DNA of 64,000 nucleotides from an uncultured Actinomycetes bacterium (lineage in GTDB: Bacteria > Chloroflexota > Dormibacteria > Aeolococcales > Aeolococcaceae). A model generated the notes under the pieces. It did not search any database and was not told where the DNA came from. It was given only the letters and a program-made list of their open reading frames with translations. The DNA is taken from assembly GCA_964508345.1 (NCBI GenBank), contig CAZDTK010000001.1, positions 49,248 through 113,247 on the forward strand, written 5' to 3'. How positions within the stretch are numbered: the first letter of the stretch is position 1; each line of letters opens with the position of its first letter. Of the stretch, positions 36,798 to 46,236 are shown one piece after another. A program made the translations under genes and the position numbers.

Positions 36798-38449
36798 AGA
36801 CAACCGCCGCCTACGGCGCCGGCTGGCGCGAGGAGCTGGCCCTTCTCTTCGACGCCCTCCCCCCGCGGGTGTCCGCAGCCGCTCAGGCCGCGGCGGCCGA
36901 TCGCGGCGACCTCCTGGAGGTGGTCCTCGACCTCGGCCGCGAGCCCGAGGCCCGCTTCGTGGACGGCGAGGTCATCCTCGACCGCGTCCCGGTCACCCAT
37001 GACGACATCGCCTACGTGGTCGAGCGTGTGGGCGACTTCGGCGACGACAACCGCGCCGGGATCGAGCGCACCCTGCACCGCATCAGCGCGATCCGCAACC
37101 GGGCCGGCGGCATCGTCGGCCTCACCTGCCGGGTCGGGCGGGCGGTGACGGGCACCATCGACATCATCAAGGACATCGTGATCCAGGGACGCTCCATCCT
37201 CCTGCTCGGCGCCCCCGGGATCGGCAAGACCACCATGCTCCGCGAGTGCGCCCGGGTGCTGAGTGACGACCAGGGCAAGCGGGTGGTGATCGTCGACACC
37301 TCCAACGAGATCGGTGGCGACGGTGACATCCCGCATCCCGGCATCGGCCGCTCCCGGAGGATGCAGGTCCAGACCCCGACCAAGCAGCACGCCGTGATGA
37401 TCGAGGCAGTGGAGAACCACATGCCTCAGGTGATCGTCATCGACGAGATCGGCACCGAGCTGGAGGCGGTTGCGGCCCGGACCATCGCCGAGCGCGGGGT
37501 CCAGCTGGTCGGAACCGCCCACGGCATGACCCTCGACAACCTGCTCGTCAATCCCACCCTCAACGACCTGCTCGGCGGCATCCAGACCGTCACCCTCTCC
37601 GACGAGGAGGCGCGCCGCCGCGGCACCCAGAAGTCGGTGCTCGAGCGCAAGTCGCCGCCCACCTTCGACGTCCTGGTCGAGATCCAGCAGCGCGACCGGG
37701 TGGCCGTTCACATGCCCGTCGACGAAACCGTGGACGAGGCGCTCCGCGGCCAGTTCAAGCCGCCCCAGATCCGGATGCGCGGCGAGTCCGGCCAGATCAT
37801 CAGCCGGATCGAGACCGGCGGCAACCCCGGCGCGTACGAGCCCCCGCCCTTCGGGGGTGGCGGGCGCCGGGGGCGCGACCGCGATCGCCGGCACCGCGGA
37901 TTCGACGTGGAGCAGTACACCGCCAGCCAGCAGCGCAGCCGGCGCGAGCCTGGCGAGCGGCCGGGCAACGGCTCGTCGCGGCTCGCCCAGCCGCTCTCGA
38001 TCTTCCCCTACGGGGTGTCGCGCAGCTACCTCGAGCAGTCGGTGCGCGAGCTGCACCTGCCGGTGCGCATCCAGCACCACGTCGAGGACTCCGACATCGT
38101 GCTCACCCTCAAGAACTACTACCGGCGCAAGGACTCGCCGGTCCGCGTCGCCGAGTCGTCGGGCATCCCCATCGAGGTGCTGCGGAGCAACACGGTGTCC
38201 CAGATCAAGGGTGCGCTCGCCCGCGTCTACGGCGTGGAGACGGCCGACCCCACCGACTCCGCCCTCCAGGAGGCGCGGGAGGGGATCGATCGGGCCCGCC
38301 AGCTCGGCGCCGAGGTCGAGCTGGCCCCCCAGAACTCCTACGTCCGACGCCTTCAGCATCAGCTGGTCGAGGAGCACGAGATGGTCGCCCGCAGCCAGGG
38401 CGAGGAGCCGAACCGGCACCTTGTGATCCTCGGCCCCGCCGAGGAGTGA
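36782..38449 (+). CDS. SpoIIIAA/Ycf45-like AAA ATPase with C-terminal R3H domain (start uncertain)
   Basis: [58 protein letters not shown]. Confidence 0.9.
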   Translation: MATAVETTAAYGAGWREELALLFDALPPRVSAAAQAAAADRGDLLEVVLDLGREPEARFVDGEVILDRVPVTHDDIAYVVERVGDFGDDNRAGIERTLHRISAIRNRAGGIVGLTCRVGRAVTGTIDIIKDIVIQGRSILLLGAPGIGKTTMLRECARVLSDDQGKRVVIVDTSNEIGGDGDIPHPGIGRSRRMQVQTPTKQHAVMIEAVENHMPQVIVIDEIGTELEAVAARTIAERGVQLVGTAHGMTLDNLLVNPTLNDLLGGIQTVTLSDEEARRRGTQKSVLERKSPPTFDVLVEIQQRDRVAVHMPVDETVDEALRGQFKPPQIRMRGESGQIISRIETGGNPGAYEPPPFGGGGRRGRDRDRRHRGFDVEQYTASQQRSRREPGERPGNGSSRLAQPLSIFPYGVSRSYLEQSVRELHLPVRIQHHVEDSDIVLTLKNYYRRKDSPVRVAESSGIPIEVLRSNTVSQIKGALARVYGVETADPTDSALQEAREGIDRARQLGAEVELAPQNSYVRRLQHQLVEEHEMVARSQGEEPNRHLVILGPAEE

Positions 38450-39375
38450 TCGCGGGGCCTCCCCCCTCGACGGCCCGGCCCGAGGCCGGGAGCGGCGGCG
38501 GAGTGGCGTGGCGAAGCGTTGGCCTCTTCGTGCTGCTCGCCTACGGGCTCAGCTGGACGGTGTGGATCGTCCTGGCGGCGCTGGGCGTTCCCTTCGGAGT
38601 CCTTGCCGTCATCGGGATGTTCGGGCCGGCCGCCGCGGCGCTGCTGACCCGGCGGGTCCTGGGCGAGGGCCTGGGCGACATGGGGCTGGGCATCTCGTCC
38701 ACGGGGTCGCCCGATCGCTGGTACGCGTATGCCTGGATCGGCACTCCGATCGTGCTCGCCGCCGGGCTCCTCCTCGCCCTCGCCATCGGCGGCCAGCACT
38801 GGGACCTGCTCGCCAACTTCCGCCACGCCCTCACCTCCGAATCCACGGCCTCCCAGCTGCGCTCGCTGCCGCCGACCGGGGTGCTCCTGGCCATCGAGAC
38901 CGCCGCCGCCCTGACCGTGGCGCCGGCGATCAACGGCTTCTTCGCGGCCGGCGAGGAGCTGGGCTGGCGCGGACACCTACTGATCCGGCTGGCCCCCTGG
39001 GGGCGGCTGCGCGCCGCGCTGGCCGTGGGAGTGGTCTGGGGGCTCTGGCATGCCCCTCTGATCGTGATCTTCGGCTACGAGTACTCCGGATACCCCTGGC
39101 TGGGGCCCTTCTTCTTCTGCCTCTTCACCATTCCCCTCAGCGTGATCCTGGCCTGGCTCCGCTTCCGCTCCGGCAGCGTCTGGCCGGGAGCGTTCGCCCA
39201 CGGCGCCCTCAACGCGCAGGCGGGCCTCGTCCTCCTGGCGCTGACCCACGCCAATCCGCTGCTCACCCCTCCCGTCGGGCTTCTGGGGATCATCCCGGTC
39301 GCCGCCGTGGCGGTCTGGCTGGTCGTCTCCGGGCGGCTGGACGGACCGACACCGGTCGCCGTGGCGCCCCGCTGA
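38446..39375 (+). CDS. CPBP/Abi family intramembrane glutamic endopeptidase
   Basis: [23 protein letters not shown]. Confidence 0.93.
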   Translation: MIAGPPPSTARPEAGSGGGVAWRSVGLFVLLAYGLSWTVWIVLAALGVPFGVLAVIGMFGPAAAALLTRRVLGEGLGDMGLGISSTGSPDRWYAYAWIGTPIVLAAGLLLALAIGGQHWDLLANFRHALTSESTASQLRSLPPTGVLLAIETAAALTVAPAINGFFAAGEELGWRGHLLIRLAPWGRLRAALAVGVVWGLWHAPLIVIFGYEYSGYPWLGPFFFCLFTIPLSVILAWLRFRSGSVWPGAFAHGALNAQAGLVLLALTHANPLLTPPVGLLGIIPVAAVAVWLVVSGRLDGPTPVAVAPR

Positions 39376-39419
39376 CGGTCGTGACGCCGCCCGCGACGGG
39401 GGCCTCATACTCCGTCCCC

Positions 39420-40094
39420 GTGGCGTCCTGGCCCGGTTTTTTCATCTCTCTCGAGGGGATCGACGGCGCCGGCAAGAGCACCCAGGGAGCGGCGCTCGCG
39501 GGGGAGCTGAGCCGCATCGGCCACCCGGTGGTCACGCTCCGTCCCAGTGACACGCAGCTGGGCGACCTGGTGCGCGGCTACCTGCTCCAGCACCATCAGG
39601 TCTCGGTCGACCCCTGGACCGAGGCGCTGCTCTTCGTCGCCGGCCGGGTGCAGCTGCTCCGGGAGCGGATCATGCCCGCGCTGCGCAGCGGCGCGATCGT
39701 CATCGCCGACCGCTACGCGGACTCCACCCTCGCCTACCAGGGAGCCGGTCGGGGCCTGCCGCTGCCGGCGCTGCAGTGGCTCCACCGCGAGGCCTGCCGG
39801 GACGTCTGGCCCGATCTCACCTTCCTGCTCGAGCTGCCCCGCCCCACCGCCGAGGAGCGGCAGCGCTCGCAGCAGCTCCCCCTCGACCGCTTCGAGACCG
39901 CCGCCGACGGTTTCCACATCGCGGTCCAGGAGGGCTTCGTCCAGCTGGCGGGAGCGGACCCGGAGCGGATCGTGCGCATCGACGCCAGCCGTCCCCCGGC
40001 CGTCGTCTTCGCCGAGCTTCGCGATGTGGCCCTGCTCCGGCTCGCCGAGCGGGGGCTGACCGCGCCCTTGACCGAGGGTCCGCCCACCGGCTGA
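39420..40094 (+). CDS. tmk: Thymidylate kinase
   Basis: FISLEGIDGAGKSTQ, DRYADSTLAYQG, PDLTFLL; start 39420 or 39381. Confidence 0.95.
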   Translation: MASWPGFFISLEGIDGAGKSTQGAALAGELSRIGHPVVTLRPSDTQLGDLVRGYLLQHHQVSVDPWTEALLFVAGRVQLLRERIMPALRSGAIVIADRYADSTLAYQGAGRGLPLPALQWLHREACRDVWPDLTFLLELPRPTAEERQRSQQLPLDRFETAADGFHIAVQEGFVQLAGADPERIVRIDASRPPAVVFAELRDVALLRLAERGLTAPLTEGPPTG

Positions 40095-40155
40095 GCGGCG
40101 GACGCGTGGCGACGAGGCGCCGGCGCCGGGCGGCCCGACCCCGGCCGGACCCTGG

Positions 40156-40184
40156 GTGACATCCCACGCGCCCCCCGGTATGCT
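40156..40184 (+). promoter_or_regulatory. Sigma-70-type promoter of first Gly-rich gene
   Basis: GTGACA-N17-TATGCT. Confidence 0.55.
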
Positions 40185-40249
40185 TCGAGGCGGCGCCGCC
40201 GGCGCGGTCGAGGGGAACCGTGCGGACAGCCCGGCGCCGGGAGGTTTCC

Positions 40250-41590
40250 ATGCGTCTGAGCCGTGCCCTGCCCGCGATCCCGGTGGGCCTGGTGGCCCTG
40301 CTGCTCGCCACCGCCGTCCCGGCGGGTGCGATCCCCGTCTGCACCACCGGCTGCCAGATCTTCGGGGAGACGGGCTCGCCGCAGGCGCTCACCGTTCCCG
40401 CCGGAGTGCTCGGGGTCACCGTCGATCTGGTCGGCGCCGGCGGCGGCTCCGGATACGACATGGCGAATGAGACGCAGCTTGCGGGCGCCCACGGAGGTCT
40501 CCTGATCGGGACCCTCGCGACCACCCCCGGCTCCACCCTCGAGGTGGTGGTCGGGCAGACCGCCGGCAACGGCACCAGCACCGCCGACGGAGCGGGCGGC
40601 TACAACGGCGGCGGCGACGGCGCCTACTACTCCGGGGGCGAGGACGCCTTCGGTGGCGGCGGGGGCGGGGGTGCGACCGACATCCGCACCGGGTCGTGCG
40701 CGACCACCCTCTCCTGCGGCGATGCCGCCCGCGTTGCGATCGCGGGAGGCGGTGGGGGCACGGGTGGGGGATCGGTGACCGCCAGCGCGGGCGGTGACGG
40801 CGGTGGCGCCAGTGGCGTCGACGGGACCGCTGCCGACGGCACGGTCGGCGGGGGCGGCGGGGCCGCGGGTGGTCCGGGCGCCGGAGGCGGGGGCGGGTCC
40901 ACGGGCGTCGGCGACACCGGTGGCGCCGGCAGCAACGGCGGCGGCGGCGGCGGCGGCGGCTACTACGGTGGTGGCGGCGGCGGGCTCTCCGCCGACGATG
41001 ACGGCACCGGCGGTGGTGGCGGTGGCGGCTACATCCTCGACCCCACCGCGGCGGATTACTCGGAAGCCGGGGCCGGGGCGCCGGGCGATACCAGCGGCAG
41101 CGCGACCATCTACTGGCCGGGCGCGACCAGCCTCAGCGTCGTGGCCGGCGGGTCGGTGACCATCACCGCGTACGTCCCGTTCTTCGAGGACGGCGGTACC
41201 GAGACCTTCACGTTCGGGAGCACCACCCTCTGCAGCGACGTCACCGTGGCGGATGGGGAGGCCAGCTGCACCACCTCGGCACTCCCGATCGGGACCGATG
41301 ACGTCACCGCCACCCTGAGCGCAACCGCGCCCGTGAGCTTCCGGGTGCCGGGGTCGGTGACCCTCGACTCTCACCTCGGCAGCGGTTCCGCGCCCGCCAC
41401 GGCAACCCCCGACGCGACAGCACCGTGGGACGGGACCACCGAGGTCCTGGCGGTCAGCGTCGCGTCGGCGGTCCCGGTGCCGGAGAGCGGAGCCGGCGTC
41501 CCCGCGGGCGTGCCGCCCCTGGCGGCGCTGCTGATCCTGGTGGGCGCCGCCGGCATCGTGACCACGAGGCGCCGGCGCCGGGCTGCCTGA
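40250..41590 (+). CDS. Secreted Gly-rich + Ig-like surface protein with sortase-type tail (paralog 1)
   Basis: Signal peptide (AGA|IP); TVPAGV..GAGGG, GGGGGGATDIR, GGGGGYYGGGGGG; Ig-like TF..TTLC..G.ASCTTS; VPESG + TM + RRRRR. Confidence 0.85.
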   Translation: MRLSRALPAIPVGLVALLLATAVPAGAIPVCTTGCQIFGETGSPQALTVPAGVLGVTVDLVGAGGGSGYDMANETQLAGAHGGLLIGTLATTPGSTLEVVVGQTAGNGTSTADGAGGYNGGGDGAYYSGGEDAFGGGGGGGATDIRTGSCATTLSCGDAARVAIAGGGGGTGGGSVTASAGGDGGGASGVDGTAADGTVGGGGGAAGGPGAGGGGGSTGVGDTGGAGSNGGGGGGGGYYGGGGGGLSADDDGTGGGGGGGYILDPTAADYSEAGAGAPGDTSGSATIYWPGATSLSVVAGGSVTITAYVPFFEDGGTETFTFGSTTLCSDVTVADGEASCTTSALPIGTDDVTATLSATAPVSFRVPGSVTLDSHLGSGSAPATATPDATAPWDGTTEVLAVSVASAVPVPESGAGVPAGVPPLAALLILVGAAGIVTTRRRRRAA

Positions 41591-41614
41591 CCCGCTCCGC
41601 GTCGGGGGGTGCGA

Positions 41615-41640
41615 GATCGCGCCGTCGCGGTGGCGCGATC
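41615..41640 (+). terminator. 9-bp perfect hairpin after paralog 1
   Basis: GATCGCGCC-N8-GGCGCGATC; no U-tract. Confidence 0.4.
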
Positions 41641-41800
41641 GCCCACTTCAAACGCGTCGATCACAGGTCGGCCGGGCGTCACCACACGGGGGAACGCCGG
41701 GCTGCCTGAAAACCGGGCGCCCTCCTGTATGCTCGACCTAAGCGCCGCCTGCGTGGTCGTGTGGGACCCCGCAGGAGAGCCCGGCGGCTGGAGGCTCCAG

Positions 41801-43132
41801 ATGCGACTTGGCCGTGCTCTTCCCGCGATCCCGGCCGCGGCTGTGGCCCTCCTGTTCGCCACCGCGGCGCCGGCGGGTGCGATCCCCGCCTGCACCACCG
41901 GTTGCACGATCTTCGGGGAGACGGGCTCGCCGCAGGCGTTCGTCGTCCCCTCCGGTGTGGTGGGCGTCACCGTCGAGCTCTACGGCGCCGGGGGCGGTGA
42001 GGGCTATGGCTGCGGCGGTGAATGCGATGCCGGCGGTGGCAACGGCGGCTTCACCGTGGCCAGCCTGACGACCGCGCCTGGCTCGACGCTCGAGGTCCAG
42101 GTCGGGGGTGAGGGCGGCAACGCCTCCAGTTCGGCTTATGGAGACGGTGGCTACAACGGCGGCGGCAACGGCTCCTTCAGCGTCGGAGGCGGCGGCGGCG
42201 GGGGTGGCGCGACCGATGTCCGCACCGGGTCCTGCGCTGCCTCGCTCGACTGCACCACCGCCTCAGTGGCCGCCGTGGCCGGTGGTGGTGGTGGTGGGTC
42301 GGGCGCGGCCGGATACGCGTCTGGCGGCGGTGAGGGCGGTGGGGTGAGCGGGGGCACGGGTGGCAACCCCGACTACACGACCGGCGGGGGGCCGGGAACC
42401 CAGAGCGGTCCGGGCGCCGCCGGGTCGGGCGCCGATGGGACGGGTGACCCGGGCGTGGGCGCCGTCGGCGGTGCCGCCGGGGGCAACGGCGGCGGTGGGG
42501 GCGGCGGCTACTACGGCGGCGGCGGCGGCGGCGAGTCGGATGACGCCAACGGCAGCGGCGGTGGCGGCGGCAGCGGGTACGTGTCCAGCAGCCTTCCCGG
42601 CGCCACCGAGGGCGGGGTCGGATCGGGCGACGGCATCGCGACCATCTACTGGGCGGCGGCGACCAGCCTCAGCGTCACGGCGGGCGGCTCGGTGACCATC
42701 ACCGCATACGTGCCGCTCTCCGAGGACGGCGGCACGGAGACCTTCACGCTGGGGAGCACCACGCTGTGCAGCGACGTCTCCGTGGCGGACGGTGCGGCCG
42801 CCTGCACGACCTCGACCCTCCCGGCGGGGACCGACGACGTGACCGCCACGCTCACGTCCCCACCCGCGGCGACCGGCTTCCAGGCGCCGGGGTCGCTGAC
42901 CCTCGACGCCGATCTCGCCGGCGGCCACTCTGGGGGTACGGCCGGCCTCGATGCGGGCCCAGGCGACCCGTGGAACGGGACCACCGAGGTGTTCGCGATC
43001 AGCGCCGCGGCGGTACCGGTGCCGACGACCGGCGCGGGAATTCCCGCCGGCGTGCCGCCGCTGGCGGCGCTGCTGATCCTGGTGGGCGCCGCCGGCATCG
43101 TGACCACGAGGCGCCGGCGCCGGGCGGCCTGA
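41801..43132 (+). CDS. Secreted Gly-rich + Ig-like surface protein with sortase-type tail (paralog 2)
   Basis: Same architecture as paralog 1; VPTTG + identical TM/basic tail; GGAGG SD. Confidence 0.85.
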   Translation: MRLGRALPAIPAAAVALLFATAAPAGAIPACTTGCTIFGETGSPQAFVVPSGVVGVTVELYGAGGGEGYGCGGECDAGGGNGGFTVASLTTAPGSTLEVQVGGEGGNASSSAYGDGGYNGGGNGSFSVGGGGGGGGATDVRTGSCAASLDCTTASVAAVAGGGGGGSGAAGYASGGGEGGGVSGGTGGNPDYTTGGGPGTQSGPGAAGSGADGTGDPGVGAVGGAAGGNGGGGGGGYYGGGGGGESDDANGSGGGGGSGYVSSSLPGATEGGVGSGDGIATIYWAAATSLSVTAGGSVTITAYVPLSEDGGTETFTLGSTTLCSDVSVADGAAACTTSTLPAGTDDVTATLTSPPAATGFQAPGSLTLDADLAGGHSGGTAGLDAGPGDPWNGTTEVFAISAAAVPVPTTGAGIPAGVPPLAALLILVGAAGIVTTRRRRRAA

Positions 43133-43157
43133 TCTCCCCCGGTCCCTCCGGTCCGGC

Positions 43158-43784
43158 TCAGGAGGGCGTGCCGCCCACACCCTCCGGGCCGGCCACCTCG
43201 ACGACCACGTCCTGCAGCCCGACCACCCGTTCGACCCGGGTGCCGGCGAGGTGGACCCGGACGCCGCGCACCCCGGCGGCGCCGGGCGCGCCGGGCTCCC
43301 AACCGTCCGCGTAGAGCTGCCGCGCCTCGCCCCAGGAGGAGGCGGTGCTGATCTGGCGGCCGTCGGTGAAGCTGAGCGTGCCGGGACGGCTGGGGTAGCC
43401 GAATCCCACCTCCCCGCCGCTCGCCAGGTACGCCCGCACGGCTCCGAGCGGCAGCTCCCCGGCGAGCGGCGTGGGCTCGGCCAGCAGGGCGTCGGCGAGG
43501 GTGGGCATGCCTCCGCTCCCCGCCAGCTCGCGGACCGAGATCCGGGCCGCGTGCCGCTCCGCCCGCTCCCGGCGCCGCCGCTCGGTGGCGACCTCCTGCT
43601 GGCGCGCGTGGATCTCGCGGAGCTGGCGATCGTACGGCGACATGGCCGTCCGGGTCGCCCTCTCGACCTCGGCCAGACGGGCGGTCTCGGCGTCCAACCC
43701 GGCCGGGTCCAGGTCGCGCAGCCCCTCCGGCTCGACACGCGGGGGGAGCGGGGGAGGAGGCGTCGGCGGGGGCGGCTCGGACAT
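43158..43784 (-). CDS. Hypothetical protein with N-terminal coiled coil
   Basis: GGAGG SD; heptad-like LDAETARLAEVER...QLREIHARQQEVATERRRRE; globular C-half. Confidence 0.7.
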   Translation of the reverse strand: MSEPPPPTPPPPLPPRVEPEGLRDLDPAGLDAETARLAEVERATRTAMSPYDRQLREIHARQQEVATERRRRERAERHAARISVRELAGSGGMPTLADALLAEPTPLAGELPLGAVRAYLASGGEVGFGYPSRPGTLSFTDGRQISTASSWGEARQLYADGWEPGAPGAAGVRGVRVHLAGTRVERVVGLQDVVVEVAGPEGVGGTPS

Positions 43785-43984
43785 CCAACCTCCATCATGG
43801 CGCCGGCCGGCTCCCCGATGAGATCGGAAGCCACCGCCTCGGAAACGGTGTCGAACCTGGGTCACGACCGGGCAACAGGGCGGATCGCGTCGAGCCGACC
43901 AGGTTAGCCCAGGCTACGCTCGCAGGGCTCACACCGTGCAAGGGGATCCTTTCGCCACCAGGATGGGGAGATCGAGGGCTCGCA

Positions 43985-46168
43985 GTGCTCGCCGACGTCG
44001 GTAAACCGCGCCGCGCCCGGCCGGCCTTGAAGGCCGCCCGGCTGAGCCTCAGCGAGGAGGCGCAGGCACTGGCACAGGGCATGCCCGATGGTCTGCTCCT
44101 GGTCGACGACCGGGGCCGCATCGTCTTCGTCAACGACCGGCTGCTCGCCATGACCGGGCACGCCGAGAAGGGACTGTTGGGGCTGCCCGTCGAGGTCCTG
44201 GTGCCTGCCGCACTGCGGCGCGAGCACGTGAGCCATCGCCGCACCTACGAGGCCAAACCCATGCACCGGCCCACCGGGACGACTGCGCCGGCCTTCAGCG
44301 TCCAGCGGGCGGACGGCACGGTGTTCCCGGCGGACATCGCCCTCAACCCCACCCGCTGGGCCGAACGCGATGTGGTGGTAGTCGTGATCTCCGACCTCAC
44401 CGCTCGCAAGCGCGCGGAGTCCCTGCGCTCGATGCAGTTCGCCGTCACGCGGCTGCTGGCCGACGCCGCATCGCTGGCCGAGGCCGGACCTCAGCTGCTC
44501 GAGCTGATCGCGGAGGCCCTCGAGATGGAGTTCGCCGAGCTGAGCCTGCGGTCCCGCGTCGGTGCCGGTCTCACCCTCAGCGGAGTCTGGGCGGCGCCCA
44601 CGCTGGCGGACGCCGCCCGCGAGGCTTTCGCGGGGAGAGCCCGGGAGGGGAGCGCCCTGCCCAATGGCGCAGCCCTCCCGCCTGCGGTGGCGCCGGCCCT
44701 GGCCCTGCCGGTGCGGCGCGACGGGGAGGTCATCGCGCTCCTCGAGTTCTTCCGGCGGGAAGGCGCGGCCATCGCCGCGAACGCTCTGGAGAGCGTGAAC
44801 AGCGTCGCCGACCAGATTGCCCAGTTCGTCCGCCGCCGGCGTGCCGAGGCCGCACTGGAGGAGAGCGTGGCCCGGCTGGCCGAGGTCGCCGCCACCGACC
44901 CCCTCACCGGGATTCGCAACCGGCGGGAGTTCGACCGGCTCCTCGCCACCATCCCCCGGCGGCGCTTCGCGGTCCTGGCCGCGGACCTCGACAACCTCAA
45001 GCGGCTCAACGACGAGTTCGGCCACGAGGCCGGGGACGTCGCCCTGCGCGCGGTCGCCTCCACCCTGGTCGCCGCCCTGCGCGGCTGGGACGTGGTGGCA
45101 CGCACCGGCGGCGACGAGTTCTCGGTGCTGATGTCCGACGTCGGCGCGCACGACGCGGCCCGTACCGCCGAGCGCGTCCGCGACGTGGTCCGGGCGATCT
45201 CGCTCCCCTATGGACAGGTGAGCGTCAGCGTCGGCTGGGCGACCGGCCCGGCGGGATCCGATCCGCGCGACATCGTCGAGCTCGCCGACGCCCACCTCTA
45301 CGAGGCCAAGCGCGCCGGACGCGACCGGGTGGTGGGGTCTCCGCGTCATCGACGGGGTGGGCTCGCCGCGCACCGCTCGGAGTGGTCGGCGCGCATCGAC
45401 GAGGTGCTCGCACTGCGGGACCTCACCATGCTCTATCAGCCGATCGTCCACCTTGCCGACGGCACCGTCGCCGGACATGAGGCGCTCGCGCGTCCCCGGG
45501 GCTTCGGCGCCGCCGACAGCGTGGAGGACCTCTTCAGCGAGGCGCATCGCACCGGCCGCATCCGCGACATCGATTGGCTCTGCCGGCGGCTAGCGATCTC
45601 CTCGGTCCCCTGGCCCGCCGTCGCCCCGGGGTGGGCGCTCTTCGTCAACGTCAGCGCGGTGCCGCTCCTCGACCCCGTGCACGACGTGGACCAGATGCTG
45701 ATGCTTCTGGAGGCGTCAGGAGCCCGTGCCGGCCAGATCGTCCTGGAGATCACCGAGCGCGAGCTGATCTCCGACCTGGAGCGGGTGCGCACCGTCCTCG
45801 CCCAGTACCGCGAGCACGGCTTCCGTTTCGCCCTCGACGACGTGGGCGAGGGCCACTCCACGCTGGAGCTGCTGGCGGCGGCGCGCCCGGAGTTCATCAA
45901 GATCGCCCGCAGCCTGACCATGACCGCCCCCCACTCCAGCTCCCGTGCCGCCATCCGCGCCGCCGTCGCCTTCGCCGAGGTCAGCGGGGCAGCCGTGATC
46001 GCCGAGGGCATCGAGAACGACTACGCCGTCGGGCAGATGATCGCGATGGGTGTGCTGCTGGGTCAGGGGATGGCGCTGGGACGTCCCGGCAGCCTGCTCC
46101 CGGCCGCCGAGCGCGCGGACCAGCACGCTGTCGGTCAGCGCTGGCACTTCCTCGCCCCCCTCTCCTGA
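43985..46168 (+). CDS. PAS-GAF-like-GGDEF-EAL diguanylate cyclase/phosphodiesterase
   Basis: PAS (MPDGLLLVD, GLPVEVLVP); TDPLTG, DLDNLKRLND, GGDEF; EALAR, FVNVS, EITE, DDVG, EGIE. Confidence 0.93.
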   Translation: MLADVGKPRRARPALKAARLSLSEEAQALAQGMPDGLLLVDDRGRIVFVNDRLLAMTGHAEKGLLGLPVEVLVPAALRREHVSHRRTYEAKPMHRPTGTTAPAFSVQRADGTVFPADIALNPTRWAERDVVVVVISDLTARKRAESLRSMQFAVTRLLADAASLAEAGPQLLELIAEALEMEFAELSLRSRVGAGLTLSGVWAAPTLADAAREAFAGRAREGSALPNGAALPPAVAPALALPVRRDGEVIALLEFFRREGAAIAANALESVNSVADQIAQFVRRRRAEAALEESVARLAEVAATDPLTGIRNRREFDRLLATIPRRRFAVLAADLDNLKRLNDEFGHEAGDVALRAVASTLVAALRGWDVVARTGGDEFSVLMSDVGAHDAARTAERVRDVVRAISLPYGQVSVSVGWATGPAGSDPRDIVELADAHLYEAKRAGRDRVVGSPRHRRGGLAAHRSEWSARIDEVLALRDLTMLYQPIVHLADGTVAGHEALARPRGFGAADSVEDLFSEAHRTGRIRDIDWLCRRLAISSVPWPAVAPGWALFVNVSAVPLLDPVHDVDQMLMLLEASGARAGQIVLEITERELISDLERVRTVLAQYREHGFRFALDDVGEGHSTLELLAAARPEFIKIARSLTMTAPHSSSRAAIRAAVAFAEVSGAAVIAEGIENDYAVGQMIAMGVLLGQGMALGRPGSLLPAAERADQHAVGQRWHFLAPLS

Positions 46169-46236
46169 CCCCGGCCTCCCGCACCACGGGCGTGCCGAAC
46201 CCCCAACCACCCGCCGGGTACGGTAGCGTGCGCAGC

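Noticed and set aside
22801-38449. SpoIIM- and SpoIIIAA-like names as evidence of endospore formation
   Set aside because: Both families are widespread in non-sporulating bacteria; no other sporulation genes are in the window.
41660-41730. ACGGGGGAAC resembling the c-di-AMP (ydaO) riboswitch
   Set aside because: Lacks the other conserved blocks (GGGUGAAUC, GAACCCG.CAGCUAAC).
43855-43984. GGTCACGACCGGGCAAC resembling a c-di-GMP-I riboswitch upstream of the GGDEF-EAL gene
   Set aside because: No GACGCAAAGC core or GNRA-capped P2; similarity is limited to a few bases.
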